Assembly (NCBI GenBank): GCA_965217805.1 | Contig: CBDCJJ010000006.1 | Location: 269,806 to 333,805, forward strand | DNA: 64,000 nucleotides | Direction of reading: 5' to 3' | DNA from: Sphingomonas sp. | GTDB lineage: Bacteria; Pseudomonadota; Alphaproteobacteria; Sphingomonadales; Sphingomonadaceae | Shown here: positions 55,408-64,000 of the stretch, in pieces | How the letters are laid out: each line of letters begins with the position of its first letter | How positions within the stretch are numbered: the first letter of the stretch is position 1 | Notes under the pieces: model-generated | Told to the model about the DNA's origin: nothing | The model's database searches: none | Seen by the model: only the letters and a program-made list of their open reading frames with translations | Made by a program: the position numbers and the translations under genes

Positions 55408-57006
55408 ATGGAAGACCGTGTCGAGATCGAGTCCGCGGACAATGCCCCGGTGGCGGCGATCGCTACCGGCCAGCTCCGCGGCTACCGGGATCGAGGCGTC
55501 AGTGTCTTCAAGGGCATCCCCTACGGTGCGCCGACGGGCGGCGCCAACCGCTGGATGCCACCCGCCGAGCCCGCCGCGTGGAGCGGCGTGCGAGATGCAA
55601 CCGAGCTAGGGCCGATGTGTCCGCAGATGTTCGGCGCTCCGTTGGCGGAAGAGACAGCGGTCCTCCAACAGGGTCCAATGAGCGAAGATTGCCTCAACCT
55701 CAACGTCTGGACGTCCAGTCTCGACTCCGGTCGGCGCCCCGTCATGGTTTGGTTTCATGGGGGCGGGTTTGCGATTGGGTCAGGTGGTACGTCAACAAAC
55801 GACGGGGTCAATCTTGCGCGCAAGAACGATGTGGTGCTCGTTACGATCAACCATCGCCTAAATCTGTTCGGCTTTCTCAATCTTGCTGAGCTCGCCGGTC
55901 CGGCTTACGCCCGGTCCGCGAACGTTGGCATGCTGGACTGTGTTGCCGCGCTGGAATGGGTCCGCGACAACATCAGCACGTTCGGCGGCGATTCCAGCAA
56001 TGTCACAATCTTTGGCCAATCGGGCGGTGGCATGAAGGTGATGAACCTGATGGCTATGCCGGCGGCGGCCGGTCTTTTTCACCGTGCGATCACGCAGAGC
56101 GGATTTGCAATTCGAGCCAATGCTCCTGAGCAGGCAACTGAGATCGCGCGACTGGTTCTGAACACGCTCGAACTGAAACCCGATCAGATCGCCGAGCTTC
56201 AGGCGCTTCCGGCCGATCGGTTCGTCGCCGTGCTTGAGGCCCGTCCCGAGCTGACCTTTGCGCTGGGGCCGGTCGTCGACGGCGACACTCTGCCCGCCGG
56301 TCCATTCGATCCGTCTGCGCCCGCGCTTTCAGCTGACGTACCGATCTTGCTGGGCAGCACCGAAACCGAAATCGTGTTCCTGCCCTTTGCGCCCTTGGAC
56401 CCGATCGACGATGTCACGCTGTTTGCCAGCCTCAAGCAATATACCGCGCTTGACGATGCGAGTCTCGCCAAGCTCATCGAGGTCTATCGCACGGAGTATC
56501 CGGACCACGACAACACGTATCTGTACCAAGTGCTCGCCAGCGACTGGCTGCTCGGTGCGGATGCGGCGCTTGCGGCGGAGCGCAAGTGGGCGCTCGGCAA
56601 CGCGCCCGCATGGCTCTACTATTTTAATAAACATACCAATGCTCGCGGCGGTAAGCTGCGATCGCCGCACACATTGGAAATTCCATATGTGTTCGATACC
56701 GTCGACCGCCATCCGCCGATCCTCGGCACGGCCACAGAGGCGGATCAGACACTGGCAGACACCCTCAGTCGTACGTGGGCTACATTCGCCCGCTCTGGCA
56801 ACCCCAACAACGAAGCGATCCCCGTCTGGGCCCCGTACCATCCGCGAACGCGGCCCGTGTTGATGATCGGCGAAGAGCTCACGACAGCCGCGGACCCCCA
56901 TCGCGCCACGCGCGTGGCGGTGGCTCAGTTGAAGGCTCAAAACTCGCAGTCGCTCGCGAGTCTCGCAACAGGCGACGCGGCGGACCCTCCGATCGCCACA
57001 CCGTGA
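55408..57006 (+). CDS. Type-B carboxylesterase/lipase (PnbA-like)
   Basis: ATG at 55408 after GGAGGGA. GQLRGY..., FKGIPYGAP, VMVWFHGGGF, nucleophile elbow GQSGGG. Confidence 0.85.
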   Translation: MEDRVEIESADNAPVAAIATGQLRGYRDRGVSVFKGIPYGAPTGGANRWMPPAEPAAWSGVRDATELGPMCPQMFGAPLAEETAVLQQGPMSEDCLNLNVWTSSLDSGRRPVMVWFHGGGFAIGSGGTSTNDGVNLARKNDVVLVTINHRLNLFGFLNLAELAGPAYARSANVGMLDCVAALEWVRDNISTFGGDSSNVTIFGQSGGGMKVMNLMAMPAAAGLFHRAITQSGFAIRANAPEQATEIARLVLNTLELKPDQIAELQALPADRFVAVLEARPELTFALGPVVDGDTLPAGPFDPSAPALSADVPILLGSTETEIVFLPFAPLDPIDDVTLFASLKQYTALDDASLAKLIEVYRTEYPDHDNTYLYQVLASDWLLGADAALAAERKWALGNAPAWLYYFNKHTNARGGKLRSPHTLEIPYVFDTVDRHPPILGTATEADQTLADTLSRTWATFARSGNPNNEAIPVWAPYHPRTRPVLMIGEELTTAADPHRATRVAVAQLKAQNSQSLASLATGDAADPPIATP

Positions 57007-57269
57007 ATGTTCGAACATCGACTTCTTCACGCCACTTTCAAGCTGGTTGCCCAAGATCGTCCCCGACCGAAGCTGCGCAGCGGCTCGCGACCGGACGGTC
57101 GACTGTCCATCCGAGATAACGTGACACAATAAGGCGCGAAGCAAAGGCCCAAAAACGGCACGGCCCTTGGGAATTCGGTGCTTCAAGCGGATTCGGTGCG
57201 TCTCGAGTTAGCAATTTCGAAGGGCACGCTCCACCGGCCAACGACGTTCGTTGGCGTGCTTGTCACATG

Positions 57270-57293
57270 ATACGATAAGGTATATTATCGTAT
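57270..57293. promoter_or_regulatory. Operator-like inverted repeat (ATACGATAA-N6-TTATCGTAT)
   Basis: 9-bp perfect arms in an AT-rich stretch 60 bp upstream of the cupin gene. It has the same CGATAA-N6-TTATCG architecture as 39932-39949. Confidence 0.55.
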
Positions 57294-57353
57294 GCTACAC
57301 GGATGTTCTGCTTCACGCTCGGAGTTGGAATCCCTGTTGAGGAGGCAATTACG

Positions 57354-57797
57354 ATGCTGGCGGCGAAAATCATTCCTGGAGAAGATGGCGAAATTCTGCA
57401 GTTTGGACCGACGAGAATACACATTCTGGAAGACGGCTCTGGTACGGAAAACCGCATAAGCGCGATTTCATCGACGATGGCCCCGCAAACCAAGGGGCCG
57501 CCGCCCCACATTCACCTGATGCACGACGAATGTTTTCTCGTTACCGATGGCACTCTGCGTTTCATCATAGGCGACGAGCAAAGGGACGCAAAAGTCGGAG
57601 ATTACGTAGTCGTGCCGGTGGGTGCGCCGCATACTTTCGTTAACGCGAGCGACCATCCGGTGACGTTCTTTACGACATTTACATCCGCCTTTTACATCGA
57701 GTCCTTTCGGGAACTGGCTAAGCTTGCTGCGGAGGGAAACTGGAATAAGCAGACTGAGGCGGATGTTCTGCATAAATATGCGACGATACTGATCTAG
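57354..57797 (+). CDS. Cupin-domain protein
   Basis: ATG at 57354 after GGAGG (8-nt spacer). PPHIHLMHDECFLV..G.....VGDYVVVPVGAPHTF are the cupin motifs. Confidence 0.75.
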   Translation: MLAAKIIPGEDGEILQFGPTRIHILEDGSGTENRISAISSTMAPQTKGPPPHIHLMHDECFLVTDGTLRFIIGDEQRDAKVGDYVVVPVGAPHTFVNASDHPVTFFTTFTSAFYIESFRELAKLAAEGNWNKQTEADVLHKYATILI

Positions 57798-57874
57798 GTA
57801 GCGATCGCTTACCCCTTTGATATCCTGGCTCACTCTCGTCCGTGAGCCAGGATCGAACGGTCAAGGTCTCTCTA

Positions 57875-58249
57875 ATGACAAATCTGCTGAACGGAACTCT
57901 ATGGGCGGCGCAAGTCGGCCTGTGCTCGGTCTTCATGTTCGCCGGCGCCATGAAACTGACGAAGACGCCTCAGGGCTTGGCTGATATGGGATGGGCTTGG
58001 GCCGAAGCCATCCCACCGCGGTTCACTCGATTGGTTGGCATTTTAGAGTTGCTCGGCGCGATCGGCATTGTGTTGCCTGCGCTCACGCACATCAAACCCT
58101 TTCTAGTGCCGCTCGCCGCGATCGGGTTCGTCGTGCTACAGGTTTCAGCAATCGTCCTGCACGCGAGTCGCGGAGAGGCATCCAAAACGCTGTGGTTCAA
58201 TCTTCTGCTTCTCTCAGCGTCCTTATTTACGGCATGGGGACGCTGGTGA
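57875..58249 (+). CDS. DoxX-family membrane protein
   Basis: Four hydrophobic helices. ...FAGAMKL...LVGILELLGAIGIVLP... is the DoxX-like pattern. Confidence 0.7.
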   Translation: MTNLLNGTLWAAQVGLCSVFMFAGAMKLTKTPQGLADMGWAWAEAIPPRFTRLVGILELLGAIGIVLPALTHIKPFLVPLAAIGFVVLQVSAIVLHASRGEASKTLWFNLLLLSASLFTAWGRW

Positions 58250-58491
58250 CTGATTGTTGAACCAGGAGCACGGAATCTGCCAGAGAGGCTCGGATCGCGG
58301 CTACGGACTCGTAACTTCCCGATAAGCCAAACGATGGGCATGTTCGCGCTGCCGAACTTAGAGATTCTTTTGGCGTGGGATCAGCGCTTGTTCTCAACCA
58401 GATCAATGCAACGCGGATCTCAATGCCGGTCTATCGCGACTATTTGAACTTTATACGGCCCAGCGGGTCTACACCTAGCGAGATGTAAAGT

Positions 58492-59316
58492 TCACCGCCC
58501 GCGAAACACGGGACGACGTTTTTCCGAAAATGCCTTGACTGCTTCGCGATGATCCTCGCTTGCGTCGGCGGCGGCGATTTGCCGACAGAGTTCAGTGCTT
58601 CGCGCCTCGACAGTACCATTCGCCAGCGCTTCCAGAATGGACTTGATGCCGCTGACCGCCAATGGTGCTCCGCTCGCCAGGACCGCCGCAAGATCGTTTG
58701 CCGCAGCTAACGCGTTTCCTTCCACCAGCTCGTCAAGCAATCCCATAGAAAGCGCGCTCTCTGCATTGAATCGTTGGCCGGTCATTAGCAGGCGTTTGGC
58801 GCCCACCAGGCCGACAAGCTGGTAGAGTCGTGCGCACTTCGCAACATTATAGACCAGGCCCATTTTAACTGCAGATACAGAGAAGTTGGCTGTTAGGTCC
58901 GCGACGCGAAAGTCGGTACTCGCGGCAAGCGCAACCCCTCCGGCGAAGCAGACGCCCGATATCACTGCAATCGTCGGTTTCGAAGAGGCGGTAATCGCTG
59001 CAAGAGCGCCGTCGACAGACCCCTCATAAAGCGACACCTGATCCGGCGTCGAACGCACCTGCGGAAACTCGGCGATGTCGGCGCCCGCCGAAAAGCACTG
59101 GTCTCCGCCCGTCAGAATGACGACCCGCACGTCAGGATCGGCGTCAATCTCACGGAAGAGATTGCGAAGGTGGCGCCACATGCCCAGCGTGATTGCATTC
59201 TTCTTGGCGGCGCGGTCGAGATCGATCGTCAGCACGCCATTGGCGAGTGTGCGCTTGATCGGGACGTGGTGACCGGTTTCGGCGGCGTTGCGATTGGGAT
59301 CAGTCACGCAGGCCAC
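58492..59316 (-). CDS. Enoyl-CoA hydratase/isomerase family
   Basis: ...KKNAIT...LTGGDQCFSAGADI...AVISGVCFAGGVALAASTDFRV.... Confidence 0.85.
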   Translation of the reverse strand: MACVTDPNRNAAETGHHVPIKRTLANGVLTIDLDRAAKKNAITLGMWRHLRNLFREIDADPDVRVVILTGGDQCFSAGADIAEFPQVRSTPDQVSLYEGSVDGALAAITASSKPTIAVISGVCFAGGVALAASTDFRVADLTANFSVSAVKMGLVYNVAKCARLYQLVGLVGAKRLLMTGQRFNAESALSMGLLDELVEGNALAAANDLAAVLASGAPLAVSGIKSILEALANGTVEARSTELCRQIAAADASEDHREAVKAFSEKRRPVFRGR

Positions 59317-60076
59317 CGTATGATGCCCAGGAAGCGCCTACCAACCATCCGGCATCGACCGGCAGGTTGACGCCCGTAATCGCGCTCGACATCGGCGAAC
59401 ATAGAAACAGCACTCCATCGGCAATCTCCTCGACGTCGACGAGGCGTCTGAGCGCGGAATGTCGGCACATCAATTCCGGGTCCGTCACATGTTCTTCAAA
59501 TCCGCGCACCACGCCCGGGGTCGGTACTGTTCCCGGCGACAAAGCATTCACCCGCACGCCGCCCCCCCCCCATTCGGCAGCGAGACATTCAACCTGGCTG
59601 ATCAGCGCCGCCTTTGCAGGCGCGTAGGCATGAAGCGGTGTGGAACGCATTCCGGCAACCGACGCGATCGTTACAATCGCCCCCTTTTCCCGCTGCGTCA
59701 TTCGAAGCCCCACCGCTCGCGTAACTAGGTAGGTGCCGCGCAAATGCACGCCGACAATCCTGTCCCAGACGCTCTGCGCCAGTTCGTTCGGCGGTACCGT
59801 GTTCTGTAAGTTGCCAGCGCAATTGACCAGGACACCCAGCGGTCCGATATCCCGTTCGATCTGGTCGACCACCCTATCGACTATCGCATCATCGGAAATG
59901 TCCAGCTCGTACGCCTTGGCGCCGATTTCGTCTGCCGCTGCGCGCGCGAGGTCGATTCGTCGATCAGCGATCGCGACTTGCGCGCCGGCTTCAGCAAGTT
60001 TGCGGGCGGAGGCAAAGCCGATGCCGCGCGCACCGCCGGTGACCAGCGCCGACGTACCCGACAGATCAATCGTCAT
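59300..60076 (-). CDS. SDR-family oxidoreductase
   Basis: ALVTGGARGIGFA, NCAG, YAPAK. Confidence 0.85.
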   Translation of the reverse strand: MTIDLSGTSALVTGGARGIGFASARKLAEAGAQVAIADRRIDLARAAADEIGAKAYELDISDDAIVDRVVDQIERDIGPLGVLVNCAGNLQNTVPPNELAQSVWDRIVGVHLRGTYLVTRAVGLRMTQREKGAIVTIASVAGMRSTPLHAYAPAKAALISQVECLAAEWGGGGVRVNALSPGTVPTPGVVRGFEEHVTDPELMCRHSALRRLVDVEEIADGVLFLCSPMSSAITGVNLPVDAGWLVGASWASYGGLRD

Positions 60077-60143
60077 ACACGCTTCCTTCGCTCACATTGG
60101 ATTGCGCTGTTCACATGCCGCTGGGGTCGCCCGTGCATCGGCA

Positions 60144-60683
60144 TCAATGGAAAACCCAAGCATCGCGACTCAAGCTTCTCTCCGTCGGCTGAAATTCAGT
60201 AACGAAGTCGGCGCCGCCCTTGGCGATACGAACGTTGACGTCCGGTCCCGTCAGTCGGACGTCAACGACCGCGTCACCGTGCACCAGAGACTCGACCACC
60301 TGCGCCGCTATGTCCTCCCGGTTGCAAAGAAGCCCAAGCGCAAACATTCCAATGATCAGTTTGAGATGTTCTTCATTCTGTGAGTACCGCGCATCACCAG
60401 CGAGCCGCTCCTCCTCGATTTCCGCGTGCAGACGACAGATATTCTCTCGAAGCAGAGCAAGTAACTCAAGTTCGGGCAAAGCGTGTTGCATCCTGATCGC
60501 GTGCGCAATGGCTGCACTTCCTTGCGTTGAGGGCACGAGTATCGAAAAGCTCGCTCCCTCGCACGCGATCGTCACGAGCGTTCCCGCGTCGGCGCTAAGT
60601 TGATGCAGCTCTGCTTTCTTCATGATGTCCTCGAAAGGGTCCAAAGCATCAGAGTTGCGGCGATCACCTCGTAGGGTCGCCAT
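60144..60683 (-). CDS. hypothetical protein
   Basis: 179-aa ORF (an alternative start, MKKAEL, is at 60623). No family recognised. Confidence 0.4.
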   Translation of the reverse strand: MATLRGDRRNSDALDPFEDIMKKAELHQLSADAGTLVTIACEGASFSILVPSTQGSAAIAHAIRMQHALPELELLALLRENICRLHAEIEEERLAGDARYSQNEEHLKLIIGMFALGLLCNREDIAAQVVESLVHGDAVVDVRLTGPDVNVRIAKGGADFVTEFQPTERSLSRDAWVFH

Positions 60684-60696
60684 TGAGGCCGTACAC

Positions 60697-61044
60697 TCAT
60701 AACGTAAGCTCGAAGCTGAGCAGGCCGATGACGATCAGCGCCGGAACCGCGTGGACATATTCACGGTGGCGGACGAGTGTCGCAACTGCAGCAAGCATAG
60801 TCACAAGACCCAGTGCAGCACCGAGCGGCCGAGTTATTGAAACGACAAGGAGAATGGCGGTAGCGAGCTCGACCACGCCAGTCACCAAATTGAACCACGA
60901 AGGATATCCCCATCGCCTGAAATCGTTGACGACCGACTTAGGTCCGACAAGATTTACCGCGCCACCGAAGATGAAAAATATTGTCAAAAGGCCGAGGACG
61001 ACCCATTCTAGCAAGCTACTCGGCATATCCTGATGAACTCCCAC
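60697..61044 (-). CDS. DoxX-family membrane protein
   Basis: LLEWVVLGLLTIFFIFGGAVNL..., WFNLVTGVVELATAILLV..., four helices. Confidence 0.7.
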   Translation of the reverse strand: MGVHQDMPSSLLEWVVLGLLTIFFIFGGAVNLVGPKSVVNDFRRWGYPSWFNLVTGVVELATAILLVVSITRPLGAALGLVTMLAAVATLVRHREYVHAVPALIVIGLLSFELTL

Positions 61045-61113
61045 TAGAGCCGAGATCCTATGTCGATCAGGGCAAAAGTGACCGGCAGGTTCGTCCTCCC
61101 TTCGGCAACGGGA

Positions 61114-62355
61114 CTACTTGAACCGTGGCCACACCTTACCCATGAATCGATCGAGTTGATCCAGCTGCTGGTCGCGCGATGTGTCGGGCGCCACCCAATA
61201 TTCCCAGATCAGCCATTCAACGTTGCCGTCATCGGAATAGCAGCCTTGCAGCCCCTCCAACTGGCGGCTGACATCGTCGGGCGTACCGCAGATCAGTTGC
61301 CCTTGATCGAGCATGCGCTGAGCGCATTCGCGGTCGCTCGCGAACGTGACCATCTTGTTGGGATCGTCCGACGGGATGCGGCTTTGCTCATTGATGCCCC
61401 AAAGGCTGAAATAGTTGTTGAACCAGTATCCGCCCGTCTGCACCGCCAGTTCGAAGGCTTCCTCGAACGTATCCCCAATGTATATCTTGCGTAAGGGAGC
61501 AATGCCTTGTCCGAGCTGCCTATCCTTTCCGACTTTGGCCGCTTCGGATTGATAATCCTCGCACGCCTTGCGAAAGCGCTCGGGCGCACCGTCGTATATG
61601 ATGGTGGTGAATTGCTGCTGCGCGACCTGCACGAATGTCGCCCATGAATGAGTGTACGGGATCCAGATGTCCGGTATCTTCAACGGCTTTGGTACAACGC
61701 CTATTCTATGGACGGTTCCCTCATCGTCGACCTCGCCCTCGCCGCCGAAATCGCGGGTCCACGTTGCCACGGGCCAATTGGGAATGCCCGTCGCGGGATA
61801 GGGTGCCTGATAGTGCTTGCCGTTGTGATTAAAGGTATCCTCGGTCCAGGCCTTCATGACCACGTCAAGATACTCATTGAAAATCTCGCGATTGAGGGCG
61901 TCGGCCTCGCGATCCATGGGCCCCGAGCCGATGCGTTCTCGTTGCATCAGCGTTTGCATCCAGCGGGTCACGTAACCGCGGGCGAAGCAAACCCCTGCAA
62001 GCCGATCGGGAAACATATTGTCGAAGAATGCGACGTTTTCTGCCGAACGGATCGGATCATTGGCCGGCAGCACAATCGACAGAGGAATAAATTTGAGGCG
62101 ATCGGTTAAAGCCGCAAGTTTGGAGTACCAAAGCAGGCTGTTCGGAATCGACTCGTTACCTTCGGTGTGGAAGTGATGTTCCGTAACGCCGAAGGCATCG
62201 ACTCCCGTCGTGTCGCAAGCCCGGGCGAGCATCTCCAGGTCCGAGAGCGTTTTTTGATACGTCTCGACATCGCGACCGATCGGGCGCTTGGCACGACGCT
62301 CCTCCGGGCTGACACGCGCGCCGGTCGGCGGGAGCACAACTAATTTCATCGACAT
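61114..62355 (-). CDS. LLM-class (luciferase-like) flavin-dependent oxidoreductase
   Basis: ...GVDAFGVTEHHFHTEG.... 413 aa with a TIM-barrel LLM pattern. Confidence 0.75.
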   Translation of the reverse strand: MSMKLVVLPPTGARVSPEERRAKRPIGRDVETYQKTLSDLEMLARACDTTGVDAFGVTEHHFHTEGNESIPNSLLWYSKLAALTDRLKFIPLSIVLPANDPIRSAENVAFFDNMFPDRLAGVCFARGYVTRWMQTLMQRERIGSGPMDREADALNREIFNEYLDVVMKAWTEDTFNHNGKHYQAPYPATGIPNWPVATWTRDFGGEGEVDDEGTVHRIGVVPKPLKIPDIWIPYTHSWATFVQVAQQQFTTIIYDGAPERFRKACEDYQSEAAKVGKDRQLGQGIAPLRKIYIGDTFEEAFELAVQTGGYWFNNYFSLWGINEQSRIPSDDPNKMVTFASDRECAQRMLDQGQLICGTPDDVSRQLEGLQGCYSDDGNVEWLIWEYWVAPDTSRDQQLDQLDRFMGKVWPRFK

Positions 62356-62580
62356 TGTCCCTTCATGAGCGCGCCTCGAACCGGCGCGGCCGGGCGATCT
62401 TGCAGTTCAGCCGTGCGGCGCGGCCTTCGAAGCCCGGCACCGACCCGCGCAGCAATAATGGCTGGGGAATCATCTTTCGTAAAGAGGCGCATTCGCCTAT
62501 GCCCGCGTCGTGACGTCAGCTCGGCGTTCGCCAATGAGGTCATCGAGCGTCGAAGCCATAGCCGTCGTCCACAATTCTCT

Positions 62581-62596
62581 ATGAACGGTGGGCCAT
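62581..62596 (+). promoter_or_regulatory. Recurrent 16-bp motif, copy 4 (ATGAACGGTGGGCCAT on + strand)
   Basis: Lies 73 bp upstream of the PaaK-like ligase start at 62669 and abuts the predicted -35 box. Confidence 0.5.
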
Positions 62597-62624
62597 TGAT
62601 CGCGGTGTGCCGATTTGCTAATAT
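62596..62624 (+). promoter_or_regulatory. Sigma-70-like promoter (-35 TTGATC, 17-bp spacer, -10 TAATAT)
   Basis: Read directly from the sequence. It lies 45 bp upstream of the TTG start at 62669, which has AGGAGAG upstream. Confidence 0.35.
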
Positions 62625-62668
62625 GACGAAGGATCGGCCATTGCTGCCGGTCGACAGGAGAGATACCG

Positions 62669-63982
62669 TTGACAACCGACTCCCCCACCGCATGGGAAAG
62701 CCGAGCCTGGGAGGCAATGCAACCCGAGCGGCAAGAGCTGTGGGAGAAGCAGTGGGCGTACCTATGGAAGATGTCGGATTTCTACCAGGCTAAGTTCAGT
62801 GCGGCGGGCCTTCGTCCGGAGAAAATTCCGGATCTGCGCGATCTCTCCAGCCTTCCCGTGACCTTCAAGGAGGAGATGCGCGACAGCCTCGACAGGCACC
62901 CCCCGCTCGGCGAGCATCTGGCTGCCCCCCGTGGCTCGATTAGCCAGATTCAGACTTCGTCCGGGACAACCGGTCGACCGATGGCGATTGCGCTTACGAC
63001 GGCTGATGCAGACATGTTCGCCGAGATACTACGACGCGGCTATGTCGCCATCGGGTTCCGGCCCGAGGACACGGTGCTACACGCCTTCTCAATGAGCCGC
63101 GGCTGGATCGGCGGCTTGTGCATGGTGCAGGGCTATCTGAAGCTTGGCTGCACTATCTTGCCAATCGGAGCCGAAGCGGGACGCGACAAGATTTTGGAGC
63201 TAATGCAGATTTTCCGTCCATCGGGCATCTCGGCGACTCCAGGGTTTCTGATGTCGTTGGGCGAGCGAGCACTCGAGATAGGGTTGGAACCGGCGTCGCT
63301 TGGGCTGCGCCATATGCTCACCGGAGGTGAGCCGGGCGGCGGCATTCCAGAAGTGAAGCAACGCCTTTCCACGATGTGGAACGCGACGTTGCGCGAAGTT
63401 ATGGGCGGCACGGACGTGACGCCGATCTGCTGGGCGGAGTGTGAGCAGGAAGGTGGCATGCACTTCATCGGCGCCGACGCGGTTTCCTTCGAGATCGTCG
63501 ACCCCGAGACCAATCAGCCCAAATCGATTGAAGAAGGCGCCGTCGGCGAGCTTGTTTACACTCATATCCAGCGTGAGGCCACGCCGGTAGTGCGCTTCAA
63601 ACATCGCGATATCGTCAAGATCACGCGCACCGGTCCCTGCCCTTGCGGTCGGCAAACGCCTCAGATTCGGTGCATCGGTCGCGCCGATGACATGCTGATC
63701 GTGCGCGGCGTGAATCTGTTCCCGTCGGCGGTGCGCGCCATGTTGAGCGGGGTGGAGGGCGTCGGGCCGGAGTTCCGCATCGTCCGACCCAAGGGGCAAT
63801 ATACGCTGCCGGGACCGGTGATGATTAAGATTGAACGCCACCCAGACGCTGCCCTGAGCGAGGAAGAGCTCGCGCGGCTGCTTCACCATAAGCTTTCGGT
63901 TGCGTTCACGGTTCAATTCGTATCGCCCGGTGCCACGTCAAGCGAGACTGCACACAAGTCCAGTTATTTCGAGGACGCCTGA
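62669..63982 (+). CDS. Phenylacetate-CoA ligase-like (PaaK / coenzyme F390 synthetase family) adenylating enzyme
   Basis: ...QTSSGTTGRPMAIALT... AMP-binding P-loop-like motif. Size and domain order fit the PaaK family. Confidence 0.8.
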   Translation: MTTDSPTAWESRAWEAMQPERQELWEKQWAYLWKMSDFYQAKFSAAGLRPEKIPDLRDLSSLPVTFKEEMRDSLDRHPPLGEHLAAPRGSISQIQTSSGTTGRPMAIALTTADADMFAEILRRGYVAIGFRPEDTVLHAFSMSRGWIGGLCMVQGYLKLGCTILPIGAEAGRDKILELMQIFRPSGISATPGFLMSLGERALEIGLEPASLGLRHMLTGGEPGGGIPEVKQRLSTMWNATLREVMGGTDVTPICWAECEQEGGMHFIGADAVSFEIVDPETNQPKSIEEGAVGELVYTHIQREATPVVRFKHRDIVKITRTGPCPCGRQTPQIRCIGRADDMLIVRGVNLFPSAVRAMLSGVEGVGPEFRIVRPKGQYTLPGPVMIKIERHPDAALSEEELARLLHHKLSVAFTVQFVSPGATSSETAHKSSYFEDA

Positions 63983-64000
63983 GGTGAGCGTGAGCGCCAT

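Noticed and set aside
57224-57259. Hairpin GCACGC...CCAACGA-CGT-TCGTTGG-CGTGC as a terminator of the esterase gene
   Set aside because: It lies 220 bp downstream of the stop, has an imperfect outer stem and has no U-tract. Evidence is insufficient.
1-64000. CRISPR arrays, tRNA, rRNA and tmRNA genes
   Set aside because: No regularly spaced direct repeats or cloverleaf/rRNA-like conserved stretches were seen in the intergenic regions inspected by eye. tRNAscan-SE or Infernal would be needed for certainty.

Overview
High-GC window that looks alphaproteobacterial, possibly sphingomonad-like (inferred from three TonB-dependent receptors and dense catabolic genes; no search was run). It has two parts. 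(1) Positions 1-17832 are a mobile-element mosaic. It holds fragments of IS3- and IS5-family transposases and a methyl-accepting chemotaxis protein remnant. It also holds a 2.88-kb ISKra4-like unit (2906-5781) with 22-bp terminal inverted repeats that carries a transposase, a Hin/resolvase-type serine recombinase and a pRiA4b-ORF3-like gene. A second, inverted 1,485-bp copy of its transposase arm lies at 16348-17832, and an IS1182-family element (14687-16347) whose transposase has an in-frame stop abuts it. Between the inverted copies sit a small VbhA-like module and a LacI/MFS/TonB-receptor/GH3 beta-glucosidase locus. (2) Positions 17927-63982 are a catabolic region. It encodes a biotin acyl-CoA carboxylase, a CoA transferase, RibB, extradiol dioxygenase/FAH/decarboxylase genes, type I and type II Baeyer-Villiger-type monooxygenases, a Rieske oxygenase, dehydrogenases, crotonases, an esterase and a PaaK-like ligase. 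The main hunt results are listed here. The identity between the two IS copies ends at the dyad of a 26-bp hix/res-like site, and the IS1182 element has inserted exactly at that dyad. A 16-bp motif recurs upstream of four operons. A CGATAA-N6-TTATCG operator links a TetR gene to a distant cupin-DoxX operon. Two tandem, internally duplicated genes (53178-55267) have no function I can assign. All family calls are by-eye motif recognition; no BLAST or HMM search was possible.
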